Source: Octopus bimaculoides
Taxonomy: Eukaryota
NCBI RefSeq assembly: GCF_001194135.2
Contig: NC_068984.1
Location: forward strand, 23,572,837 to 23,636,836
DNA: 64,000 nt
Reading direction: 5' to 3'
The position numbers and the translations under genes were made by a program. The notes below the pieces were generated by a model. The model had not been told where the DNA came from and ran no database searches. It worked only from the letters and a program-made list of their open reading frames with translations. Shown piece after piece: positions 14,401 through 24,700 of the stretch. Every line of letters begins with the position of its first letter. The first letter of the stretch is position 1.

Positions 14401-15962
14401 GAAATAAGAAACAACACATCACTAGGCCAAGGACTGGAGAGTGAGGGCAAGTGATTTCTGACAATCAATTAGTTAGTCTTGTCTGTTTTTTTTTTAAGAT
14501 GCTGATGACGTATGTAGCCTCAGGCTAGTTCTGATCAAGTAGAGCTACAGCATACAGGTAGTTGACCGAATAACTAGTTGTAACCCACAGATGTGTCATT
14601 ACCACTTACAGTTATATGTGAAGGTATAATCATTTAACTTACACTTCTTTATTTACATAAGAATGGTTTATCCCAGAACTAGTCTAAAGAAGCTATGTAA
14701 GCCAAGGGAGTTAATTACGCATCAGTCATTGATTAACAAGACAACAAATCTACTAGAAATAGCAGCCAAACTTTATTCAAATGACATTGTACCATCTTAA
14801 ATGCAGAACAATGTGATGTAGTCTATAATATTTAAAGCACAGAATGGTCACAGCTGAGACACCTTTGATCTTAAACAAGTCTGACCTGAGGTTCAACCAC
14901 AACCTGGAAAACGATACCATTTCTGGATTTAGTCATGCATGTATGAATATCCCTACAATATCTCGCTTCATTGACTCAATAGACTCAGGTATTTTCATTA
15001 CAAAATAAAAATAAAAACATGAGTCTAATGGGTCAATGAAGAAACCTTTCTATAGTCTCTTAACTTGCTAGAAATATCTGTCAAAACTCCCTCAAATCAC
15101 ATCCTACCATTTAAAAAAAACAAAGAATAGTACATCTAAAATTGTTCAATGCTTGAAAAAAGATGGGATGTTAGCAGGGGAAACGCCTTTGATTGTGAGT
15201 TCACTGGATCAGGGATGACATGGGATTAAACAACAAGTAGTTGACACGATAAGAATGTGAGAGAACTGCTGAGTATGGTTCTGTTGAATGTCTTTCATGA
15301 AATTTGAATGGCAATTCTCACTAACTACTACACAGCTTTCTGATCAGATAGAGAACTACCATTATACTATATTGCAATACATTAGACCAAGACACTTTTA
15401 GTTGTGCTGCTGAGAAGGCATTTTTACATTCCTGACATACAAAAGGATAATAAATGCTGCTGGATCTCCAAAGAACATGTGATATTACACCGTGAGGGGT
15501 CTTGTGTAATTTAGATATCTAGGAAATTGAAACTGTAAACCTCTATCTAGCTAACACCCATTGATGTAAATGAAATACATTTGCATCTTATTTATATTCA
15601 AAATCAGCAATAAACTCAATAGACATTGTATTACACTAGGAACAACTTGACCCAGCCATGACACTGAATCAAGTTATTTGAAGCTTAGTACACTACCAAC
15701 TACTGTACCACTTGTATGCAGGCCATCAATGATCAAATAATCAATGACCGAACCTACCACTATAGCATCAACTACATAGTTGATACAGTTCTATATTTAA
15801 GAGATGAGGAATTATGTACATTATTTACATTTGTCCTCATCTTGTTTGTAGTTAACACAATGTTTTGGCTGATATACCCTCCAGCCTTCATCAGGTGTCT
15901 TGGGGAAATTTTGAACCTGGGTTCTCATTCCTAAGGTATTTTTCAGTGTTATTATTATTATC

Positions 15963-15993
<31 letters not shown>

Positions 15994-17833
15994 TCACTGT
16001 CTGGAATTGAACTCGGAATCTTGGGGTTAGTAGCCCATGCTCTTAACCACTACGCCATATGCCTGGGCATATGTGTTAACTACAAACAAAATGAGGACAA
16101 ATATCCGTCAAATGTAAATAATGTACACAGTTGATGTTGATAGAGTTGTAGATCAGTGTTTATTGATTAGAAACTCCAAAACTAAGTTTCAGTGAGATGT
16201 TCATGCCTATCTCTTAAATTTCCAAACCATCAAGGTACGAATGATGTAGGTGTCATTCTTAGCCATATACTACCATAAATAATATCTTAATGATTTTTTA
16301 CTTCCAGTTAAATCAAAACACAATAAAGACACACTGAGCCACAACATCCATAGATTTATTTGCTGAGGAGACAATCTAGTGAAAGGTGAAAGTGATGGAA
16401 GTATGGGAATTTTATGGGTGTTGTTATAAGTTTTTCACTGTAGATTAAAAATGTGTATCCATTCATAGTTATTACTACTTTCATAACAGTAACTAGTAGT
16501 TCATAGTTATTGCTATTTTATTTATAACAAAATGGAAGATGAGCCATACCTCATATTCATCTTAGACTGATAAATATAATGGTGATGATATTGAACTTTT
16601 AAATCCCTGTTGGTTGATTCTTGTGGGAAAAATATGAGCAAAGAATATCCCAGGAGATTCTGGCCAGGGGATATATAAGTAGTGTTTGTATGGTGAGACA
16701 AAGTAGGGATAACAAGTTGAAGAGTAGCAGGCCCATTGGCCCACTACAAGCCAATTCAAGAGAACAAAAGCAATGTTAATGCAGTAGACGAGACAAGTGC
16801 AACGTTTCCTCTAATGTGTCCTTTTCTTTCTTAAGACGATAGAGGAAGATTTTTGCTGCTATTTCTAACAGGCTGGACGATAACGTAGAGGTTTATTCGT
16901 CGGGTTGTGAGCAAGAAATCGTAATGTATTGTGAGGGCACCTTAACTAAAAGACACAAGAATATTGGCCTTCCATTTGAAACATTTCGGTGAGGGTAACA
17001 GGCATAAATCGAAGATGTTGGTGAAAACTTCTGTCAGCTGATTGAAAACTTCCGCTAGCTGTACTGCTCACCTGGAAATACCACAAGACTTACACTTGGG
17101 CATACATATTGCACAAAGGTAACTTATCTTACAGGTGGAGAGTCTCATTACGCTTCCGAGGTTTGACATAAACTTTGCGGTGGAAAATCAGTCGAAATTA
17201 TATTAAGAATTACCAATAAGAAATAACAGAAGAATCAAATAATGAAGTTTAGTTTAGTTTCACTATACATTAACACTTATGAGGGCAGAATGAAGGAGGC
17301 AGGAATATCTACGTGGTCGCTCAACATACCAGAAATAGGAGTCAAGTCTTCTTCAATTCACACTCTACCGTCTGAAAAAAAAAACATTGGATAGCGTGGT
17401 TTGGGGTCCGCCGGGGTTACCTGTGCAAGTCGGAATATCTAGAATACCTTTATCATATATAGTAGGTCTACTCGACCTGGGCTGACCTAGGGCTTAACAA
17501 CAATAACAACTAATGAATAGGTACTAAAGCGTGAGTTATTGCTTAACTTCAAATTAGCCCTGATTAGGCACAACCTATTATCAGAAGTATTTCAGTCATA
17601 ACCACCCCGTCTTTTACTCAGAGCTACATTATTCAATGTGTCCTACTTCTCACTGTAAGGCAGTAGTAAGTAATTTGAGGGAGATTTTCCTGCTGTTTTC
17701 AAAATACGGAAACAAGTGAAAACCCTGTAATTGACATACTAACATTACCACATGTGCGGTTAAACTCTCCTATAAAATACACTACTTACTCATTGTGCTA
17801 AGAATTAACAATATATACGTGCGCGTTTGTATA

Positions 17834-17889
<56 letters not shown>

Positions 17890-18017
17890 CATACAAAGAT
17901 GCTAAAAAAATAACATAGTTGAACCTCCCCCGAAATTAACAATTAACTTACTAATACTGCTTTGTCTTGCTCGGTGATTCTCGTATCTTTTTTCTTCTTA
18001 GTGAAAAAACTCCCCAT
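2664..18017 (-). CDS. CHMP6: Charged multivesicular body protein 6 (ESCRT-III, Vps20), 8 exons: 17952-18017, 13152-13261, 11775-11862, 9585-9671, 8173-(gap), 6703-6783, 4743-4821, 2664-2719
   Basis: Spliced translation MGSFFTKKKKDTRITEQDKAVL|QLKVQRDKLKQYTKKLEANLVREKEAARALLKNGRRE|RVKLLLRKKKFQEGLIQKTENQLETLERL|VHDIEFAQIEANVLQSLKEGNDSLKKMHE|...EGIKYQQ|EIDDLLAGGLTEEDEDDVLAELDALIE|ADVEPAKKEELPEDIQLPDVPEDKLE|DKIAEKKQKAAEPVMVAS*. Matches the Vps20/CHMP6 family, including the N-terminal MG myristoylation motif. All visible junctions are GT-AG and in phase. Confidence 0.96.
2893..3113 (+). mobile_element. SINE family A copy
   Basis: GAGCTGGCAGAA...GAGTTCAAATTC...TTTGCCTTTCATCC. Confidence 0.8.
3300..3830 (+). 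repeat. Three degenerate tandem copies of abundant interspersed repeat D (motif TTTGGCTGCTATTTCTAGCA)
   Basis: Motif recurs at ~3430, ~3580, ~3795. Other copies near 9340-9540, 13480-13680, 14690-14900, 15030-15230, 17300-17720, 22150-22300, 49080-49230, 55990-56200. Confidence 0.65.
3944..4349 (-). mobile_element. tRNA-derived SINE family B, near full length, with a CR1-like 3' tail
   Basis: Head GGAGTGGCTGTGTGGTAAG...GGTTCAGTCCC; CCTTGGGCAAGTG; internal (TA/CA)n; tail CAGTCAAATGACTGAAAC then (TAAAAGAG)n-like. Partial copies at 23510-23665(+), 25880-26015(+), 47999-48135(-), 49565-49680(-), 50315-50450(-), 52798-52960(+). Confidence 0.85.
4743..4821 (-). CDS. CHMP6: CHMP6 exon 7 (79 nt)
   Basis: ctacag acceptor; ...IQLPDVPEDKLE (LPxVP MIM2-like motif); phase-1 donor GTATGG. 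Confidence 0.92.
5401..5510. repeat. Compound microsatellite (GTGA)n(GA)n(GT)n
   Basis: Direct reading; source of spurious ORFs 5292-5573 and 5297-5521. Confidence 0.9.
6284..6418 (+). repeat. ~41-nt tandem triplication within a family C repeat
   Basis: TTGCCTCTGT.AGGCCCAACACTC.AAAGGAACTCAGCCAC x3. Confidence 0.75.
6703..6783 (-). CDS. CHMP6: CHMP6 exon 6 (81 nt)
   Basis: ttacag acceptor; EIDDLLAGGLTEEDEDDVLAELDALIE; donor GTAAGT. Confidence 0.95.
7836..8048 (-). mobile_element. SINE family A copy
   Basis: GGATGAAAGGCAAAGTC...GAATTCAGAAC on plus. Confidence 0.8.
8173..8193 (-). CDS. CHMP6: CHMP6 exon 5, visible 3' part only (rest in N gap)
   Basis: EGIKYQQ followed by donor GTTGGT; joins in frame to EIDDLL, equivalent to the vertebrate EAVEYQRQIDELL segment. 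Confidence 0.85.
8194..8649. other. Assembly gap containing the 5' part of CHMP6 exon 5
   Basis: Run of N. Confidence 0.99.
9585..9671 (-). CDS. CHMP6: CHMP6 exon 4 (87 nt)
   Basis: tttcag acceptor; VHDIEFAQIE...KKMHE; donor GTAAAA. Confidence 0.95.
11775..11862 (-). CDS. CHMP6: CHMP6 exon 3 (88 nt)
   Basis: ttttag acceptor; RVKLLLRKKKFQE...LERL; donor GTAAGT. Confidence 0.95.
11905..12108. mobile_element. piggyBac-type MITE
   Basis: TTAA|CCCTT ... AAGGG|TTAA (TSD at 11901-11904 and 12109-12112). Confidence 0.8.
13152..13261 (-). CDS. CHMP6: CHMP6 exon 2 (110 nt)
   Basis: tttacag acceptor; QLKVQRDKLKQY...NGRR; phase-2 donor GTAAGT. Confidence 0.95.
15815..16127 (-). mobile_element. Foldback element: tRNA-like Pol III head, (AAT)n and hammerhead-like motif, with ~45-56 nt inverted termini
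   Basis: TGTACATTATTTACATTT...GTTAACACA at 15815-15859 is inverted at 16072-16127; A-box TGGCGTAGTGG and B-box GTTCAATTCC on minus; central hairpin CATATGCC-TG-GGCATATG at 16056-16073. Confidence 0.8.
15854..15899 (-). ncRNA. Degenerate minimal type-I hammerhead ribozyme-like motif
   Basis: GACAC-CTGATGA-A-GGCTG(10-nt loop)CAGCC-AAAAC-ATT-GTGTT; differs from GAAAC-GTT by two CpG-type transitions. Confidence 0.6.
17952..18017 (-). CDS. CHMP6: CHMP6 exon 1 (66 nt)
   Basis: ATG at 18017; MGSFFTKKKKDTRITEQDKAVL; donor GTAAGT. Confidence 0.95.
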
Positions 18018-18664
18018 TGTGATGATCAGATCTTCCACTCATAAAAAAGTTAATACTGTACTGCTTGTATGGTCAGTGCTAACAGCAAAGAACTACACCC
18101 ATAAAGGCAACAGCCTCTACCAACACCGGATAACAACTGCCATTTTGTAATTTCACTTTAAGTAAGCTTGTAGCTGTGTTATTTTCAGGCCATACACATT
18201 TAAGTTGTCGCCCTTCATCATCTCCTCGAAATACTTTAATTTGTTGGGCTGTCTTCGTCTTATGTTGTGATAATTATCACCATATACACATGGTGTAACA
18301 TAAAAATCGGTCTCCAGTATATCACTGGTCCTTTGTTTTTATCGACTCCGGAACGATGACATCGGTGGAATTTGAACTTAGAACGTAAAAGGCCGTAACT
18401 AAATACCGCAGAGCATGTTGTCCGACGTTCTAACGCTTTTATCAACCAGCTAAGTGGTTCCTCGTTTGTTTAGAATGTTAAAATTCTTCTAATTCTTTTT
18501 TGACATATGTATGTTCATATGTTATTCTAGCTGAATATAGTGTAACATCGTTCCAGCTTCATCGATTTGGATATAAATAAACTCTTCTTCCGTACAATAC
18601 AGATAAATAATCACTTCTTGGTGGTTTACACAACATTGTTTTGGAAACGCTCATCCCAAGTAAC
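18018..18664. promoter_or_regulatory. Probable bidirectional promoter / 5' UTR region between divergent CHMP6 and PIGX start codons
   Basis: 647 nt between opposed ATGs; visibly CpG-richer than the gene bodies; TSSs not determinable from sequence. Confidence 0.65.
18295..18450 (-). mobile_element. SINE family A copy inside the CHMP6/PIGX intergenic promoter
   Basis: Minus strand ...GCGTTAGAACGTCGG...GTTCTAAGTTCAAATTCCACCG...GAGTCGATAAAAAC...CCAGTG. Confidence 0.7.
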
Positions 18665-18708
18665 ATGTCGTTATTTGGATTGTTTACGCTGTATAAGTTC
18701 AATATTAA
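18665..18708 (+). CDS. PIGX: PIGX exon 1 (44 nt)
   Basis: MSLFGLFTLYKFNI(K); phase-2 donor AA|GTAAGT matches the phase of exon 2; no homology support for this short exon. Confidence 0.75.
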
Positions 18709-21700
18709 GTAAGTTTCGTTACCTTCTAACTTTTTTACTCTAATTTTAAACTATTACTATAGTTTTCTCAGACGAATATTGTAATAATACAATGAAGTCC
18801 ATGAGTTTGAATAAGTTTGTTTGCAGTGACTTAAAGAGGAATCTGACTCTTAGTCTGAGAGAAAGGAAAAATATATTATTTAGGATAACAAACGAAGGAA
18901 GCTAACGGGAGATTGCTGTCAAAAGGAGGAACATTGAATACAAAGTTAACGGAAGCTAAATTAATTTAATATTAACTGGTTATTCTGGCCTCTACTTTTA
19001 AGCCTATCTCTTTTCTTTTAACCTCTTTACAGGAGGTATTTCCCTTTCTACGAGTATCACTCGTTGTTGCTTTAGTTTTCTATAGTATAACAAAGCTCTC
19101 ATCATTTGGATCTCTGACCCATCACTCTTTTAGATCTGATCAAAAACTTTCATAGCTCATGACACTAAACTACCTGGGTCCCCCACTTTGCCTCTTCTAT
19201 CGTTTCTACAGCAAGGTCTGCTCTTTTGCATTATTTATTTATTTATTTTGTAGTATTGCAACTCAATAACTGTATTTGTGTTGCCTTTTCCCTTCGTCAA
19301 CCCATTTCTTAGTACTAGTCACCTTTCTACACACTTTGCTGTCTAAACAATTCCAGGACTGCATTCCCCTATAAATGAACCTACAACGTTTTAGACATGT
19401 AAACTGTGTTGGCGTTTGCTGTTTAGTTTACAACTGGGCGATAGTAATGGTATAACTGAAACAATAGATCTCTGGATCGCGTTTAGTTGTCCGGCCGACT
19501 ACCCTAATTGATCAGAGGCTGAGCCTTAACAACTGCTTCTTGACAACCTACTTTCCTGAGTGGAGTTTTGCAACACAGCTGTCACTTGAAATCCTATACC
19601 TCGTGGGAAAAGGAAAGGGTCGTTGTCTCCCACCCCCAACAATGTTCCTGTGTTCATGGAACATAGATTAAAATTCTGAAAGAAAAGAACTTCCAAAAAT
19701 TCGAAAGATTTTACATATTTACCACATCACCATCTTTTGTACTCTTTTGCTTTCCCATGCGCTCGGGACTTCGAGAGATAGCTATTCCAAAATAGCATTG
19801 ATCCCATCCTATTGTCCCCTTTCTCTCTTGATGAAGATCTAAATACCTATTGACTACAGTTACTGGCTAGAGTGATAAGGGGAAAAAAGTGGAAATTGTT
19901 TTAAAAAAGTAAATGGCTTATATTCAGGTATCTTACACCCTAGGAAGGGTACATTACATATTGTCATCATCATCATCATCGTTTAACGTCCGCTTTCCAT
20001 GCTAGCATGGGTTGGACGATTTGACTGAGGACTGGTGAAACCGGATGGCTACACCAGGCTCCAATCTGATTTGGCAGAGTTTCTACAGCTGGATGCCCTT
20101 CCTAACGCCAACCACTCAGAGAGCGTAGTGGGTGCTTTTACGTGTCACCCGCACGAAGGCCAGTCAGGCGAGGGCAAGGTAGTTATGCCCTGAACATCTT
20201 TGATTATTGATATACAATGTACTAAGTTTGCTTGATGCAGCAGAACTAACAATCAGTATAAGAGGCCCCATTATTACTGCGAAACTGAGTGGTTAGCAAT
20301 GGGAAGGGCATCCGTCAGTATAAATAACTACACTACCTGTGACTTGTTTCTGAGTTTCCCAGCTACGGAGTTTTGTTTCGTGTTTTTTTTTTCTTTTCCA
20401 GATTATTTCACATGCTTTCATCAAATGTGACATTGAAACCACATGTAAACGGCTTCTTTCCCCAGAAAAGGAAAGATTTGGCTGCTATTTCTTGCACGCC
20501 TTGCTACTATGTAACAGGTATTTTGGGTCCTTTATCACAAATAGCTGTTACTTGGTAGCAGGGTGTGCTAGAAATAGCAACTAAATCTTTGGAGGTGAGA
20601 TACATTGAATGCACTCAAAAGAAACCCATGGAAAAACTATTTCACACCAAGGTGTTTTACAAAATATTTATTGTATTTTTAAAGTCATTTTCACTTAAAA
20701 ATATTTTGCCCATTACAATGTGTCTAATGGAAAGGTTAGAGTTTCTGCTCTTTCAGGGTAATTTTTGGAGTATTTTCCCATTATGCACCGTTTTGGGTAT
20801 TTATACCCCCAAAACCCTGAATATCTCAATAACCACTGGTCTGATTTACGCAAGACTTGTTTTATTCTGTTTATATTCACATTTTAGGGGCACTTTACTT
20901 TCAAAGTATTTTCCCATTGTGTGCCAGTTTGGCTGTGTAACATTGCAAGCAAGCAAGATTGAAGTTCATTTTTAATGTATTATAGATGACTCAAGCAAGC
21001 ATGAAAATGGATATAAAACTTTAAAAATTAAAAAGTTAACAATAGTGACACCAACATATTTTCACTTAAGCGGGATCGTTGCTGGTGCCCCTGGGCCGGC
21101 TCTTGTGTGGGTGACACATNNNNNNNNNNNNNNNNNNNNNNNNNNNNNNNNNNNNNNNNNNNNNNNNNNNNNNNNNNNNNNNNNNNNNNNNNNNNNNNNN
21201 NNNNNNNNNNNNNNNNNNNNNNNNNNNNNNNNNNNNNNNNNNNNNNNNNNNNNNNNNNNNNNNNNNNNNNNNNNNNNNNNNNNNNNNNNNNNNNNNNNNN
21301 NNNNNNNNNNNNNNNNNNNNNNNNNNNNNNNNNNNNNNNNNNNNNNNNNNNNNNNNNNNNNNNNNNNNNNNNNNNNNNNNNNNNNNNNNNNNNNNNNNNN
21401 NNNNNNNNNNNNNNNNNNNNNNNNNNNNNNNNNNNNNNNNNNNNNNNNNNNNNNNNNNNNNNNNNNNNNNNATATATACCGCCTGACTGGCCTTTGTAGA
21501 GTTTTCGAGCGAGATCGTTGCCAGTGCCCCTGGACTGGCTCTTGTGCGGGTGGCACATAAAAGACACCATTTTGAGCGTGGCCGTTTTCGTGCGGGTGAC
21601 ACGTAAAAGCACCCACTACACTCTCTTAGTGGTTGGCGTTAGGAAGGGCATCCAGCTGTAGAAACTCTGCCAAATTGGATTGGAGCCTGGTGTTGCCATC

Positions 21701-24700
21701 CGGTTTCACCAGTCCTCAGTCAAATCGTCCAACCCATGCTAGCATGGAAAGCGGACGTTAAACGACGATGATGATGATGATACTAGATCTAACCTTGTAG
21801 TGTTTGTTGTGGAAGCGGTTACATACTTAATGCATTACTGTAGTGAGCCACACATTTTTCTAAAAACTTACATCCATATGGAAGAGGAAAAGGCATTAAT
21901 TTTAATGATTAATTCTTGACAAGAAAAACAAAGGGGACAACTCTGAAATTCAGATTAAACTTTGAATGGAAGGAAGCATGAGGTGTGAAGTGGGTTTGAT
22001 GGACTGCAAGTAAAGTGACAACTCTAGCATGCAAAAGAAATTTCTTCAAACCATTACTTTTTGTGCCTAATCAGTGATTATTTTTCACTCAAAATCTTTA
22101 CTGTCTCTTCCTGAAATCGAGTATCGCTTTGGCTATGCTTCATGAAGAATATCTAATAATATTGAAATGACCAAATTCTTCAGATCATACTACAATCTAA
22201 TAAGAAAGGTATATTTGTCAATGTAGTCCTGGATGGTCAAGACTGGACGACCTTTGATCATAGGTCTTCTCTGTCAGAGCTGACCTACAGTTAAACAACA
22301 TCAAATATAATTATATATTTTAGTGATGTTATTACATACAACATTTTTGAGTCATATTTATTTACACCACAAGCCAAAATTATCTTCCAGCTTGTTCTGC
22401 TAGATATAGCAACCAAATCTCCCTTAAATTATACTCTGACCATCTTAAAACAAGACATGTTTGTCATGGATGGAATGCCTTACTCCTGGCAATTATCTTT
22501 TCCAGGGATATAGCACAGAATAAAGAACAGACTCAAACCTTCAGTCTTTCAGCTACAACACTGGAATATGTGGGTTTCAAATGGAAATGAGATTTATGTC
22601 ATTACTTTTTATTATTTTTGTAATAAGATGTATCTAAAAGGGCTGTAAAACTGACTCAAAGAATCCTCTCAAACTTTTTCAGCTTGGAAAAGCAGACATT
22701 AAAAGCAATTTATATATAAAGGAATCCATGTTGTTACCATGTGCAATCTGACTTTGCGCAACTAATGTCCTATCACATCTCAAAGGTGGGGAAACAGTCA
22801 TCAGCAGCAACCTTCTCCAATATGTTGAACCTCTCTTCTCAATGACCACCAATATGGTTTTCATAAAACCTGATCTACTGGAGATTTACTGTCCTGTTAC
22901 TTACCAGTGGGCCCTCATCATATTTAATGGAAACAGCAACAAGGCAGTCAGACCTATCCAGCATGCAGATCTAACAAAACTACTTACTGTCTAAGAATTC
23001 CACTCAAACTTCACTCAGTTGCTCCTGATTTACATGTCACCCTATTGTATCCATCTTCCCAGACCCTTCAACAACCGCCTACTCTCTGCAACATCAGTTT
23101 TGTGTAATTCCCTCCCTGCATAATTTTTATGTCCTGCAACTTTTCTAGAGAAACATTAACCATGTCAAACTCTGTGGTCTTGTAGAGTTTGCAAAATCCT
23201 TAAGCACGATTCTTTCCTCAAACCAATCAAATAAAATTTTAAAAAGTGGAATTATGAAACTGCTTAAACAGTGTAGATGACTGAGTTAGTAAATAACTAT
23301 CCTGGGTACAATTCAATCAATTATTAAACATTTAGATATTTGAGATGCTACTGAAGGTTTTCGTTTTTAAATGTGAATAAAATCAGATCATTGTAGTAGA
23401 GCTGAGCCATTTCTAAGTTCTAAATCACAGATAAATTCACTCATAATTCTAGAGGGAAAATGGGAAGTTATGATATCCATTCTTTTTCTAAGAGCATTAA
23501 TTAATGCATGTAATAATGTGATTAAGAAGTTTGCTTTCCAACCACATGGCTTTGTGTTCAATCCCACTGCATGGCACTTTAGGCAAGTGTCTTCTACTAT
23601 AGCCCTGGACTGGTCAAAGCCTTGTGAGAAGACTTGGTAAACAGAGACTGAGAAAAGCTCATCATACATATTTGTATGTCTGTGTCGCCTTAACTTAACA
23701 TTGCATGATAGCTGTGAATGAGTGTTAGTCATACAAGCAGTTTCAGTATTCTGCAAAAAACATATCTGGCTATGGGATAAAAAAATTACCATGCTTGGAA
23801 ACAAGTGAATGCTGGTGACTGGAAGAGCATCCAGCCATAGAAGTTCTATTGTAATAAATTTCGGTGGATCCACGGATGTTTGGAAAAGTACATGTTGAGA
23901 TGATGGTGATGCTGAAGTGAAATGAAATATTAAAGGAGCTTACTCTCTGTTGGTACAATTATTACAGGGTTACACTTTTAAAGAAAAGGTCCTGTGTAAT
24001 TAAAAATCCTTCCTAAAAAGTTTGTTTTTTAGTAATAGCTGAAATTTTAATAAATAATTTATTGTTCTGTATTCTTTTTCAGGTCTTCACTGTTTGTATT
24101 TATAGGACTAATCGAGATCCTGGTTGTCTACGCTAGTGCTAGATGTTCTCTTTCTGTTTCACTCAATAAGAATGGTTTCCACAGGTAAATCACTTGACTG
24201 TTTTATTGTAGATGATGGAGATGATCAATTAAGAGTGGAATGTATAATATGCTTAGTTCGGTAATACATTATCAGTACTGTGAATTCAAACCTACCAAAA
24301 CTTACATTACTTTTCATTTCCTGTGTGTTTAATAATATAATTCCCCTGTAATATTTTAGGGTTTGTCATCAACTATATTGCACAAGAATTGGCCTTACCC
24401 CTGGTCAAAAATAATCATTGCCAACTATTTCATTGCAACTCTTTCAATATCTTTTAAAAAAATTAACACTTTTTCTGTTAAATTTGACTTTAATTAAAAC
24501 ATATTCTCTATATTAGTCTATTTTACCAATGAAGAAACAAAACTATTTTTAAAAATTTGTTTCTGATTTAAAGATAGAATGATTTTGAAGCTTCTTGCTT
24601 GTAAGATGACAGAAATCAGCAAGTCTCTCTGGTATAGTGGTATCAAGTTGTCTTGTCAATGACAGACTTGTGGTTTGATTCACATGGCTGATTTTATCCA

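Noticed and set aside
15990-16070. tRNA gene (also the heads of SINE families A, B and E)
   Set aside because: A/B boxes and an anticodon-like arm are present but there is no acceptor-stem pairing; embedded in repeats
20565-20975. 136-aa ORF or transposase
   Set aside because: No catalytic motifs; starts in repeat D; at most a non-coding DNA-transposon remnant whose ends I could not define
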